A DNA stretch of 61,169 nucleotides, the filler included, from Vannella sp. (Eukaryota), in NCBI GenBank assembly GCA_023345925.1. It is 6 parts of 6 records of this genome, joined end to end, with 100 filler letters (N's around TTAATTAATTAA, not from the genome) between each part and the next. Parts side by side here need not be neighbours in the genome. Positions count along the whole stretch, not along the records: positions 32,388 to 51,420 come from JAJQQN010001034.1; positions 51,521 to 61,169 come from JAJQQN010000531.1; 4 more parts are not named here. One strand, 5' to 3'. The position numbers and the translations under genes are program-made. This document shows, in pieces, positions 44,191-55,886 of the stretch. Below the pieces are notes generated by a model. The model saw only the letters and a list, made by a program, of their open reading frames with translations. It had not been told where the DNA came from and did not search any database. Numbering within the stretch: the stretch's first letter is position 1; every line of letters starts with the position of its first letter.

Positions 44191-45017
44191 TTAGTCTTTC
44201 AAGAAGAAGTTGGAAACATAACGGAGCGTGTCCACGTGACGCTTTTCTGTGGTGAACTCGTTGTGCAAGTTGATGAAGTTGGCAATACCGTCATTGACAC
44301 CCAACTCATCAAGGTAATCGTACATTCGGTGCTGGACGTCCTCGGGCAAGTCGGACACGTCCACAAGAGTGTCAGTGGCATTTCCCATTCGGAAGACCAG
44401 CATTTGGCCATCTTGATTGGCTCCACATTGCAGGTAGAGCACAGAACCATTGCTCTTGGTAACGCTGACCTCCAATTCGCACACCGGAGGAGGTCTCTCG
44501 TCATTCTCTTCATCCTCCTGCTCCTCGTCCTCGTCCTCACCCTCATTCTCTTCCTCGTCCTCATCTTCCTCATCTTCAAAATCAGATGGATTGTAGTCTT
44601 CGGCATCCGCAGCTGCGTTGGCGGGGGACCACTTGATCGAGAAGGTGCGGCCATCTTTGTTTCCCTTGAGCACGATAGTGTCTTCTCCCTCTTCCAAGAT
44701 GAAGCCGTGGTTGATGAGAAGGTCCTTGTTGATCAGGTAAGTCTCAGATCTTCGAACCAGTTCAGGGTTGACGATCTCCTGCGCCAGAAGACCTCCCAGT
44801 TGAGCCTCGATCTGTTCGACAGACTCGTTGATCTTCACGGGTGATTGATCATTAAAGTGCACAGCACTCGAAAGGAAGGCTTCCTCAACTGTTAACTAAA
44901 AAGGAACCACTTTAAAGGCAACGGGAACTCACTTCGAGCAGGTTGAGAAGATTGGAAGAGACTCATTGTGGAACGCGCTCCACTTCTCAAGAAAGAACGA
45001 GCGAGGATGCCTTGCAT
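44191..45017 (-). CDS. MAM33: Mitochondrial acidic matrix protein MAM33/p32 (C1QBP family), 2 exons
   Basis: Presequence MQGILARSFLRSGARS; acidic loop; DLPEDVQHRMYDYLDELGVNDGIANFI...EKRHVDTLRYVSNF. Confidence 0.85.
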
Positions 45018-45185
45018 GCTGCAGTGGAGGACAGAGAGAAAGTGATTTTCCAGGAAACCTCCCAGTGGGGGTTGGAGAGTACGGCATGTAATGTGGTGAT
45101 GTGGCCTTCATTAATAATGTCAACTCCAGTGATTTTAGGGAGGGAGATGATGCCGGGATCATTCAGTTGGTGGAGGCGAGTTGGG

Positions 45186-46346
45186 ATGGAGCTGCGGAGC
45201 TGCCTGAAAGTCCCAGGAGCGCCCCGACGGGAGCTTCCACCGCTTTCATTTTGCACAGAGCTTACCGTTTTGAATCCAAACAACTCACAGAGGAAGGAAC
45301 CTCTCCCTGCTCGGCCAAGTGGTAAACGCCTGAAGCAGGAGGGCATGAAACCCAATGGCGAGTCCTCTAGAGGAACAGAAGACGATGCGGAGCCAGAAGT
45401 TAAAGGTCCTTTGGATGGAGGCAAAGTAGATATCAACAAATACTTCACAAAGTCTATCTACGACAGCTCAGAGGAGGAGGAACCGGAGGACGAGGAGGCG
45501 GTTTCATCTCAAACCTCAGAGAAGGACCCAAAGAAGAAGAGCGTGAAGAAACGCTTTCGTAGAAAACGCAAAACGTCCAGTTCAAACCGTCTGCAAATGC
45601 ACTATGCCACAAAGGACCTCGATGGGGTTATTCAGCGTCTCTTGTCTTCTCAGCGCGGTCCAGCTCGTCCTGTGGTGGTCCTGATGGAAGGCATGATAGA
45701 TATCCAGCTTGAAGGGGCTGACCCTCAGCAATGTCGCTTCTCTCTTATGTCAAACGGGATTCTGGACGGGTTCTCGGCAACCACCAACTCTCAGTTTGCC
45801 TACTGGCAGTCTTTCCTGCCGATTGGGCTTTCAGAAGAGGAAGAAGAAAGAGAAACACCCTCTGGAGCCGTGTGGCTGGACTACTTGCCCTGCCCGCGCT
45901 CCGACCAGTGCAAACCGGACTGGGAAGCACCGCCCTTAGCCCGGAGGCAGCCGATCCTTCTCACATTTGCCTCTTCTGGCAACCGCAACAAGTTCTTATC
46001 TGTCTTGGCGGTCTTCTTCGAGGAGGGAAAGCGCCCAAGCAAACTCACCTTCCGCCAGTCCTCCATCCGCAATCTCGGCCGTGTCCTCAAAAGCAAACCC
46101 AAAGCGGATACACCCTTCCCTGGAATAGCCCTCCACGAAGCGCCAGTCGAACGACACGTGAGGCGCCAAGGGTCTGCCCCTTCAGTGGATGCCACCAGAG
46201 TTGACCCTTTCCTGTTAAGCTCTCGCTCTGAAACTGACGTTCGGCGACCCCCCAAGAAGACAAGTAAGAAGAAGAAGGCGCCCAAACCCCGCATTGTGGA
46301 GGACGACAGCGACGAGGAGGTACTGGAGAACAGTGACCCGCTCTAG
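45186..46346 (+). CDS. Hypothetical protein with a PH-like core and charged low-complexity regions
   Basis: Long open frame. VLMEGMI...LLTFASSGNRNKFLSVL resembles PH-domain ends; basic NLS-like tracts. Start uncertain. Confidence 0.6.
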   Translation: MELRSCLKVPGAPRRELPPLSFCTELTVLNPNNSQRKEPLPARPSGKRLKQEGMKPNGESSRGTEDDAEPEVKGPLDGGKVDINKYFTKSIYDSSEEEEPEDEEAVSSQTSEKDPKKKSVKKRFRRKRKTSSSNRLQMHYATKDLDGVIQRLLSSQRGPARPVVVLMEGMIDIQLEGADPQQCRFSLMSNGILDGFSATTNSQFAYWQSFLPIGLSEEEEERETPSGAVWLDYLPCPRSDQCKPDWEAPPLARRQPILLTFASSGNRNKFLSVLAVFFEEGKRPSKLTFRQSSIRNLGRVLKSKPKADTPFPGIALHEAPVERHVRRQGSAPSVDATRVDPFLLSSRSETDVRRPPKKTSKKKKAPKPRIVEDDSDEEVLENSDPL

Positions 46347-46514
46347 CTCACCCATGTCAGCTTGTCTGAACATCCCCATGGCTACTCCCACAGCCATTTG
46401 TACGATAAAAGCCCGCTCAGCGACTACCAGGGGTCAGAGATCGCAGGGGCACTTTAGAAGGGGCTGCGACTACAAATACAAGGTTGACAATCATACATGG
46501 ACGTCCAAACTGAC

Positions 46515-48704
46515 CTACGACACGTCGTCGTCGTCATCCTCATCCAGATAAGCTAGAACATCCATGGAGTCACCCCGCAGGAGGTCGAGGGAGAGGTCCA
46601 GAGGGGGACATTTGGAAAGGCGGAGGGGTTCACTATGAGAGGGCTCATCAATGAAAGCAGGGAAGTTGTCCGAGTCAACCGAACTGTCTCCTGCTAGAGC
46701 GAAGGCTGTGCTAGCTTCTGCCTCATCCTCGGTGTCATCGACATCAAAAGTGAGAGCGCTGTAGCGTTCCGAGATGAGTTCCTCGGATTCTGTTGGTAAA
46801 GAAGGTGTCCTCTCTTGTGCAACTTCACTAGTGGACACGGAGGGCGTGTCTGGACACTCGTTCTCGGCTCCCTCGTTCTCGGTTCCTTCAGGGGACCTGT
46901 TGAGAGGCATTGAACGCATATTGAACGATCGAGAACGACCCATTCGGTTGACCATGGGAGAGGAGCTTGCAGCTGCTTTGATTGCTGCTCTCATGGGATA
47001 GAGTGCATCAGCTAACACCCGAGAACGGCTCTTCTTCTTGTCGTCGTCAGGACTTTCGTCCGCTGAAGTGCTGTCGCTAGTGGATGGGAGTGGCTCAGGA
47101 GTGGCAGCACCTCCAAGTTCAATCTGATCAACCACTCCAACGGAGGACTGGCTGGATGACCGAGTCTTTGGGACAGGAGCGTCGGGAAGAGGGAGAGGTA
47201 AGATAGCGCTGGGCGGGGGAGCGATGACTTGCTTGCTAGACTTCTTCTCCTTCTCCTTCCTTCGTGTGAGCTTTTTCAAAGAACTGCGAGAGAGCGAGTT
47301 GGTACGCCGAAGCCGTGAGCTGCGAGAGGAGCGAGGGCAGATGGACTCCAGCTTCTTCTCAAAGTCAGGGATACACAGTGCCTCCTCATACATGGGACTA
47401 TTCCCGAACCCCTCGAAGAGCTTCTGCCTCTTGTGAGACAGCCTTCCTGCCCGGAAAGTAGCGAGGAAGTTTGTGTTCAAGTTGACGAACTGATCCAGTA
47501 CCCTGGACCCATGATCAGCTTTGCGCAAGGATGGGAAAGAGCTTTTTGCCTACCATGCCTCAGAGAAGCGGTGCTCCAGCTCACTGAGGATGAAGTCCAT
47601 GAAGAGGCGATCGGCTTTGAAAGGTTGGTAAGTCATGATCGGAGACGTCTTGCTGGTTGTTGTATGTTTGACCTCTCCCGTGGTCAGGTTGATAGCCAGA
47701 TCAAACCAGGCCTCTCGTTGGCTGAGGAGCCGATTGGTGGTTCCGGCAATATAAGTGGGTTTGCTGAGGAGATAGTCGATGTCGGGGAGTGTCTATTCAA
47801 AGTTTCAGTACACGTGTTCTCTCCTTCTCAGTCTATCTTACAATGTAGGGGATGAGGTACTCGTCAGGCACTATCAAAGGTTGAACCAGAAGGCAAGCTG
47901 CCAACACAGCATTCCCCACCGTCTCTGAAGGACCTAATTACATTCTGGATGATGATTCAGATAGTCTCTTACGTGCTTTGTCGCCTACAAAGAGGACGCG
48001 CTTCCTCTGTATGACGTAGTACCAAACGATCATCAGATTCACCTGCATTCAAGTTGTAAGGCCCCCCTCTGTACTTGTAGTGTGATGTTCCATACCCCGA
48101 GTTCCATAATGAGACGGATGAGGGACACCGAGTCGAATCGGGAGAGACCGTACTGCTCGGGCACTATGAGCTTGTGAGTGTGATCGAAGATGCGAACCTG
48201 GGCGTGGTGTTGCGTGTTGTCTATACCAGATGTGGTGGAGACTGTGTCAGGTTCGATGAGAATCCCGCGAAAGTAGCGAGAAAGGAGACACGGTAAACTG
48301 CTTGGCTCTGTTTCGTCTTCGGGGGGATCGATAGAGTATTCGAGGAGTTCATAGGCTGATTGTTCGAAAAGGTGAAAGAAGGGCTGGCGAGATACCACTA
48401 GAAGAGCGCGCTGGACCGCACCACGGTCCACTTGCTTGTCACTCTTGTTACGAAAGAAGGCGATGCCATAGCGAGGTGGTTGGTCTGGCCCTATGATAAT
48501 GAGGTAGCTTTGGTCTGTTTGATGTACGTGGCCGCCATCTGGAAGGGCGCAGTCGGCAAGGAACTGGTCTGTAAAGGGGTCTGCGAAGGTGGTCTCGAGA
48601 GGGTACTTTGCCGACAGATGAGTACCATTGACGATATCAAAGTCTACAAAGGCGACCATCTCCACCTGTAACAACCCCCCTTCACCTGCTGGCGAGAGCT
48701 CCAT
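46515..48704 (-). CDS. DENN-related protein (Afi1/MesA/AVL9-like) with a disordered C-terminus (multi-exon)
   Basis: FVDFDIVNG...KYP...LADCALPDGGH...RNKSDKQVDRGAVQRALLVVSRQPF. Confidence 0.8.
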
Positions 48705-48807
48705 GCCCGGCGCCCTCAGCAAAGGTCTCGTGGACACCGACAGGACGGCGATGAATGACTCTCACTTCTCCTGCAAAGGAAGCAGACGGCCAAGAAACCC
48801 AGTTTTT

Positions 48808-51420
48808 ATGGAGCTGCTTGGGCGGAGGGCTTTCGCCTTCCTTCTGTTCGTGGTTTACGTTTCGGCCGTTTTTGAGGACGAGGTGGGCGTTCATGACTGG
48901 TAGGTGGAAAGGGTGGTTTGGGGGGCGTGCTGACGGGTGTGGAGGATGCGGATGAATGTGGGGAGGATCGGTGCGGTTCAGTTTGCTGTGGAATCGGAAC
49001 GCGTCTTTGTTGTCTCGGAGAAGGGCGCTGTTGCTTGCTTGGACTTGAATACGGGGAACATACGTAGGCAAATGCACTCTTAGACATCGTACCTGACCGC
49101 AACGGGCCAGTGTGGAGGCAAATCCTACCGAATGGGCTGATCGCCTCTCGGGCTTGGCTTCTCTCCGACCGTCTGCTGCTGACGGTGACGAAAGACGGAA
49201 AAGCTTTCATGTGGCAACCTGAAGACGGGGCGCTGCTATGGGATGTCGATCTGGGGGTTGGTAAGCTGCATCCTTCGGATCAGCTCTTTGAATGCCAAGT
49301 CTCCCTCGTTGAGGATACTCTGGCGATCCTTAGCCCTTCAGGCCTACACCTTTTGCTTCCTCATACAGGGAAGTGGGTCTTTGAGGCAGTCCAGTAAGCT
49401 CGCCAGTGATCTATTGGGCTCTAATGTGACCGTCATCTTGCAGGCCCCCAGAGGGCAGTATAGTCTCCCTTTCAAGAAGCCAAGAAGGGCACCACGTCCT
49501 CCTCTTAGCTCAAGGGCATCTTTCATCTTATTTGTGGGACGTAGAGGACGGGGCATTCCATTTGAAGCACTCAAACTCGCTTATATTCCCCCCAAAGGCC
49601 TCTGTAAGGGCCAAAAACACTGGACAAAGCTCAGTGGTAACTGGTGGGAAACATCTGTGCGTGTACACGGCAAATGGTGGGTTTACATGCCAGACACACC
49701 CAACGAATGCGCCCCTTCTTGAGGCAGTTACTACCCCAGAAGGGCAAGTTCTTATGGCGGTTGGGAAGAAATCAGAGCCAGATGTTTTCCTATTCTCTCC
49801 AACAGGCCTCTCTCTGGTAAAAGTGAGCCCTTTGGAGGGGCGACACGGAGGGTTGCTCGTCTCCCCAGGAAGTTCTTCCCTGACAACTTTATCGAGTTCT
49901 GGAGAGATTCATACCCTTGGCTGTGAGAGTTGGCCAGTCCCACATTCTCCCCAAGTACACCTCCACGGTGCCGTGGTGGCAGTTTTTGTGGAGAAGGAAA
50001 TGTCTCTTGTTCTCTGTGAAGATCTTTCATTGACGCTCCTCCGTGGGACTTCTGTCATCTGGCTACGCGAGGAATCCTTGTCAGAGGTGAGTTCAGTTCA
50101 GTTCGTGGAGATTCCTCTTGGAAAGACCGAAAACAGTAACGGATCGATTCATTTCGCCGCGCAATTTGTGAAACGACTCCAAAGCCAATTTGACCAATTG
50201 ACTTCGCTTCTCCAAGCTTCTTCAACTGTCCTGGAAGGGAGTGGCGATCGCTTCGGCTTTCACCAACTGGTTATTCTAGCAACTCGGCCTGGCACAGTCA
50301 TTTGCCTTTCTTCCTTGGCCAAAGAGACTTCTCCAGTTTGGCGGAGCTACTTCCCAGGTATTTTGATTGAAGAAATGTCGCTTAGTCGTCTTCAAACTTC
50401 GACACTTTTGATCATCCGAGGAGCTCTTATCGACAGCGGGTTTGGCGTTATCTTGACTTTGGACCCATTCTCTGGAAAGACTCTGAAAAGGGAGGAACTA
50501 CCCTTCCAAGTGACACACTCTGCACTCCTTCGGCAGCGCGATACTAGTGGCCAGCTCGTTTGGATTCTTTTCGATCAAGAGCAGCGCGGACATGTCTTTC
50601 CTTCTTCAGAAAAATTGGAGAGACTCGCAGTGGAGGCCTCACCTTCCATCTTTGACTTTCATATCTCAACAGCGGGTGGGAGGGTTACTGGCTACTCCCT
50701 CAGCTCCTTAACAAACTCGCCCTTCACCCTGGTGGAAAGGTGGAACTTGATGATTGGAGAGGAGAAAGTAATCCGCATTCAACAAATGGCCCAAGGGACC
50801 GTACACTCGGCTGTGAGGTTGTTAGCCGACGAGATACCTCTTCCTAAGTACATTAATCCTAATCTGGTCGCTATTTGTACTCAGCACACCGCCGGATTGA
50901 GCCTTTATCTGATAGAATCGGTTACTGGGGAGGTCATTCATCACGCAGTTTTCTCGAATACCTCTGGGCCTGTTCAATTAGTACTTCGCGAGAACTTTTT
51001 GATTTTTTCTGTTTGGAACCGCAAATCCTATCGAACAGAAGTGAGCGTTGTAGAGCTATACGAGCCGTACCTTGATTGGTCTGCCCCACCAATAGTTTCA
51101 CCTTGGGGTAGACTTGCTCCGCTTGTCCAGCAGCAAACCTTTGACATTAACGGGATCATCACTGCCATGGGTATCACCCAAACTGGTCAAGGAATAACCA
51201 CTTATAATCTTCTATGTAAGCTCACCAAAGTAATCTGAACCAAAGTTAACAGGGCCCTTCTAGTTGGTACATCAGGAGGTCAATTAGTCCGCATGGATAA
51301 GAGATATCTCGATGCGTTGCGCCAGGGGACAGGAAATGTTCCTTTCGGTATTGTTCCCTATGCCAAAACCCTTCCCGTAGCATCCTCTTCCTTCCTTACT
51401 CACCACCAACAAGTGCACGG
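48808..51420 (+). CDS. EMC1: ER membrane protein complex subunit 1 (3' truncated by the gap)
   Basis: Signal peptide then AVFEDEVGVHDW; DRFGFHQLVILAT; PKYINPNL; LIESVTGEVI; ENFLIFSVWN; VVELYE; TGQGIT. Confidence 0.9.
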
Positions 51421-51520
51421 NNNNNNNNNNNNNNNNNNNNNNNNNNNNNNNNNNNNNNNNNNNNTTAATTAATTAANNNNNNNNNNNNNNNNNNNNNNNN
51501 NNNNNNNNNNNNNNNNNNNN
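51421..51520. other. Artificial contig linker
   Basis: 44 N + TTAATTAATTAA + 44 N. Confidence 0.97.
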
Positions 51521-51532
51521 CATTCCTAATAT

Positions 51533-52060
51533 ATGTCTGGAGGAGGCGTCTTCTCCTCTGGAGACAACCGTGACGGCCAACACACGCTCCCCCTCTGTCT
51601 CGAAGGGCCTTTGAGTTTTTGGACTCATCAACGAAGGCCAACTCGGTATCCGTCACAGGAAGACTCCATCGCAAGTAGTGGAGGTCTTCTGGAATGGTCC
51701 GCAGCCTGTCAGGTGGACTGGGGGTGGTTTCACTCCCTCGTTCTTGATGCGGAAGGCGGTGTGTGGGAAGCTGGTCCCTGCCGGTCCTCCTCTTGTTCTC
51801 CCACCGTTCAAGGAGTACCAGAACTACCTTTGATCACCTTGGTGGCTGCTGGCGAGTCTCACAGCGTCGCTATCGACACCGAAGGTGACCTTTGGGTGTG
51901 GACAAGCAGAGATCTCTCTTGTTCTCTTTCCCAACGGGTCGAAGCTCAAAGTAGCTTGCGGAAAGGACTTCCTCGGCCTCTAGGTGTTGGGTTCAGCCCT
52001 CGTTGTTTCCAACCGAGAAGAAATGATCATTTTAGGGATCTCGATCATTTCCAAGAATGA
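51533..52060 (+). pseudogene. Short RCC1/BLIP-II repeat fragment, probably degenerate
   Basis: VFSSGDNRDGQ, GWFHSLVLDAEGGVWEAG, VAAGESHSVAIDTEGDLWVW. Only about 2-3 blades before the signal is lost. Confidence 0.6.
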
Positions 52061-52070
52061 TCGAGATCCC
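52035..52070. repeat. Perfect 15-bp inverted repeat
   Basis: GGGATCTCGATCATT-tccaag-AATGATCGAGATCCC. Confidence 0.95.
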
Positions 52071-52310
52071 GTAGGTGGGATAGGTTAGATAAGTTAAAAG
52101 CCAGGGGTTAGAGTCAATGTCTCTATTTTTAATGAGTTAGAAATCCGATATCTTTTCTCTCACGGTACGAATTGTCTACACTTTCCAATCTCGCTCCTGA
52201 TTGGCTGTCAGCGAACAGGGAAACGAGGAAACGAGGAAACGAGGGTTTCATTGTTCTCTGTCTGAGGGGGATGTGCTCTCATTCAGTCGCAGCCCCTTCC
52301 ACTTGACAGC

Positions 52311-53453
52311 ATGTCCTGTCAGGACACACTCATCCAGTGCGACTCCGTGGAAACACTCGAGTCCATTGTGAAGTTCATGCACCAGCACGCGGGCACTTGC
52401 CAAAATGACTTTCCCTTGCGCGACATCTTCGCTCTCCTCCTCGACAGCTGTTCCCAGCAAGACTCCTCCGAGGAGTTCAAAGGGTTCTTCAGAGGATTCA
52501 ATGCCAACAAGCCCTGCCTTGGTCTACAGGCCAATTTCTCTGACCCAAGGTTCGCGCACATCCCCGACGCGGACTGGATCTTCCCCTGGTACATGATGTT
52601 CCCTTCCCACCAGTCAACGACCGTTGAAGCATGCGGCTTTGTGATGAGCGACCCCACTGACAAGACGACCCTATTCGATTGCTTTGTTCAAGGGAAGCCC
52701 GCTGTCCTCCAGGACGAACAAGTTCTCCCCTTCATGTGTCCTGCCACTGCATGGAAAGGCGGAAGGATTCTAATGTTCCTTTCCAGCTGCATAGAACCCG
52801 GAACTGGCAGCACTTTCAAGATAGAAAACGCCAACCTCTATCTGCACCTCACAGACCCCTTCAATGGTCTAGCAGAAGGCTTCCAAAGACGGCTTTCTCA
52901 CACTAGGCCTGACAAAAGGCTCTCTCTGACAGAACCAGTAAGTCCAACAGCAACAGCGGGAAGAAAGTCCGTTTCAGGAGAGTGCACCAAATTGGAACGA
53001 AGTCTGGTCCCCGAGCAAGTTCCACACCACCTTGTCATTACTTTTGGAGAGGGAAAACCTCTCCGAGGGGCTTTGAAGATGACCTTTGCGGAACAGAAGC
53101 AATTCAACTGCTTCCTCCGCGATGAGAAAGATTTGACCATCCCGTTTGGAGACTACACTGCAGAGTGGGAATGTTTGACCAGTTTGGGTGATGTCGTAGC
53201 TGCCCAGCAGGCCCCTCGTAAACCCCGGGGCAAGTCTGTCAGAGTGTTATTTCCGCCAATTCATCAAACCGGAAGTTTCCAGGTACGTATTCGAGTGTTC
53301 GCTCCAAATAACGAGGAGCATCTCTTTGTGCAACGGTTCGCACTGGAGATCTCCATGCCCGGAGGTAATGTTGCGAAAGCAGGTCATCCCCGCCCAACAA
53401 CAAAAGAGCCTCCAGCCAAAAAGAGCCACAGCAACGGTCACTCCCATGCATAG
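52311..53453 (+). CDS. Orphan protein, paralog A (380 aa, intronless)
   Basis: Clean ORF with end-to-end similarity to 54383-55531. CCAAT box (gattgg) near 52199. Confidence 0.85.
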   Translation: MSCQDTLIQCDSVETLESIVKFMHQHAGTCQNDFPLRDIFALLLDSCSQQDSSEEFKGFFRGFNANKPCLGLQANFSDPRFAHIPDADWIFPWYMMFPSHQSTTVEACGFVMSDPTDKTTLFDCFVQGKPAVLQDEQVLPFMCPATAWKGGRILMFLSSCIEPGTGSTFKIENANLYLHLTDPFNGLAEGFQRRLSHTRPDKRLSLTEPVSPTATAGRKSVSGECTKLERSLVPEQVPHHLVITFGEGKPLRGALKMTFAEQKQFNCFLRDEKDLTIPFGDYTAEWECLTSLGDVVAAQQAPRKPRGKSVRVLFPPIHQTGSFQVRIRVFAPNNEEHLFVQRFALEISMPGGNVAKAGHPRPTTKEPPAKKSHSNGHSHA

Positions 53454-54382
53454 TCACCCTGCTGGGACCACTTTCACTGCATTCCACAATTCATTCCAGA
53501 ACTCAAAGCTTCGCCAGTCTCCTCGTGAGTACTAAATACTTCATTTGATCTTTTTGGGATTTTGGTTGAGGTTCTTCCTCTATCTCCTTCTACTTTCCTA
53601 GCACGAAGTCGCTCCTCTCGCTCCGCTGTTCATCAACGGAGGGCGAACCAAGGCCATGGGCAGATCAATCTACATCAAGTGAGAGCCTGAGATGCAAGTG
53701 GATATCGCTAGACCTGCCCAGGTGAGAAGTTGCGCGATCCGTCTTGTCGCAAGCGAAGAGAGGGCTGTTCTTCTGGGAAGTAGTGACTCTCAAGCTTCAA
53801 GCGGTGCTAACCGCCACGGCTTCCACTGTCTGAGTTAGATCACAGTTTTCACTATACTCAAGGAGGGAAATCAACTGGAAACTGGAATCGGGGTCCTCGA
53901 AAGCATCTGATAGGCCACCCAGGTTTGATCAATCCCCAACTTTTCCTGTCAACTGCAACAGTTCAATAGGAAATTTATTTTCATCTGGGGTTGTTGTTTT
54001 TTTGTTTGGTTTTAATTAGGGAACCGCTTCCTCCTTCTTGCGCAAGGAGGCCGGATACGTGGGCCATGCGTCAGACAGCCAAGAAAAAAAGGGCCTGCAT
54101 CTGGGTGGGTGACTAGATATTCGTTTTGTTGGAATGTTGTTCAATACTACTGAGTCCAGTTCCCCTCCACAAGGAGAATTTAGTTGCATTAACCTTTATT
54201 CTGTAAACAGCATCATCAATTTTTTAGAGATGCATTTAAGTGAATTGAAGGGTGCAAACGAAATGGGCGGGAAAAGGGGTCGAGGGAAATCGTGGAGGGA
54301 ACCGACGGGAAAACTGATTTTTAAGGAACTGTGAGACCACCACACTCATTCTTCAGTGGCCGCTTCTCTTTGGTGTCTCAAC

Positions 54383-55531
54383 ATGTCCTCGGAAACAACT
54401 GTGATCCAGTTCGACTCGGTGGAAGCGCTCAAGTCTATCTCGGAGTTTGCACGTCGTTACGAAGGCACATGCCAAAAAGGATTCCTCCTAAACAACATTA
54501 TCGCCCACTTCTTCGTCAGATGTGCCGAACATGATTACTCGGAGGATGTCAAAGCGTTTCTCAATGGATTCAAGCTCCGTCTCGGTCTACAACCCAAGTT
54601 TAACGACGCCAGGTTCACGGCTATCCCACTCGCTCGACGGATCTTCTTCTGGTACATGAGATTCCCTTCCTTGAGATCTGTCATCGTGGAGGCTTGTGGC
54701 TTTGCGTTTGATATCCCAGGAGAGGGGAAGACGACCCTATTTGACTGCTATGTCCAGGGGAAGGCTGCAGTCATTAACGATGAGCAACTTCTTCCCCACA
54801 TGCGGTCCGCTACTGGATGGGAAGGTGGAAGAGCCATCCTGTTCCTTTCCAGCTACATCGAACCCAAAGACGGCAGCACTTTCAAGTTGGAAAATGCGAA
54901 CCTCTATCTACACCTGACAGACCCTCTGAATGGCCTTGCTGAAGGCTTTCAAAGAAGTCTTTCACGAATTGGACGGGACTGGAAGGCTCACTCCCAGGCA
55001 GTGCCAGTACCAGCGAAAAGATCCTGGCAAATCAAAAAGCTGATCAAAAGGAAACGAGACCCCGATTCTGCCCTAGTTCCACACGAGATCCGTCTCTCGA
55101 GTTTAGGAAGGAGAACGCCGCTCAAGAGGAGTCTACTACGATTGAAGATGGGGCGAAAGAAGCGCTTTACCTGTTCGCTTTACGATGTTAATGGTCAACG
55201 CATCCCATATGGGAACTACCTAGTGGAGTGGGAATGCTTTGGCTACTGGAGTCAAACTCTTGCTGTCGGACAGGCCCGCCCTTCTAATCAGAGGCAGTTT
55301 GCCACACTTAAGTTTCCAGAGTTCAACGGAACAGAAGCAGTCCAAGTCCAACTCCGACTGTATGCTCATGAAAGCCAGACTTTGCTGCTTCAGAGAATGT
55401 TCAGTCTGGTGGTCTCCCCGAGAGATAGTGAAGTGGGAAAAGTGAGACAGCCTCGCCAGAGAAGGTCTAAACCTCCTGCAGGAAGGAATCGAAGTATCCT
55501 CGACTTTTTCAAGAGTGCAAAGACGGCGTAA
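54383..55531 (+). CDS. Orphan protein, paralog B (382 aa, intronless)
   Basis: Clean ORF sharing KTTLFDCxVQGK...GSTFKxENANLYLHLTDPxNGLAEGFQR with paralog A. Confidence 0.85.
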   Translation: MSSETTVIQFDSVEALKSISEFARRYEGTCQKGFLLNNIIAHFFVRCAEHDYSEDVKAFLNGFKLRLGLQPKFNDARFTAIPLARRIFFWYMRFPSLRSVIVEACGFAFDIPGEGKTTLFDCYVQGKAAVINDEQLLPHMRSATGWEGGRAILFLSSYIEPKDGSTFKLENANLYLHLTDPLNGLAEGFQRSLSRIGRDWKAHSQAVPVPAKRSWQIKKLIKRKRDPDSALVPHEIRLSSLGRRTPLKRSLLRLKMGRKKRFTCSLYDVNGQRIPYGNYLVEWECFGYWSQTLAVGQARPSNQRQFATLKFPEFNGTEAVQVQLRLYAHESQTLLLQRMFSLVVSPRDSEVGKVRQPRQRRSKPPAGRNRSILDFFKSAKTA

Positions 55532-55886
55532 TTGCCTCGCAGCAAAGAGCACTCCCCACTTGAGGTGGACACACACTTGGACATTCTCGACCTCCTCTTC
55601 TCTCTTAAAGCTCTTTGTTCTGTCGTTTGCAGTTTTGGCAGCACCTTTGTATCGATGTGGACTTGCCATACAGAGCACTGCCGCACCAGTCCTCTCCAAC
55701 TAGTGCTTAACAGTTTGCGAACTAAGCTACTGACTGGCTAAGCTGTTGCTAGCTAGTCGGCAAGATGGTTTTCAGCAAACGCTCTTTCCTTCAGTCCAAC
55801 AATCGAAGGAAGGAAGGAAGAGAGGGAGGAAAGAGGTTGTATTTGAATAGATCTGACAGAGAGTGGGAGTGCAAGCAAAGCCAGCC

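Noticed and set aside
53590..53960. Structured ncRNA (RNase P/MRP, U3, telomerase) between the orphan paralogs
   Set aside because: No conserved boxes found; the minus strand reads more like decayed coding sequence.
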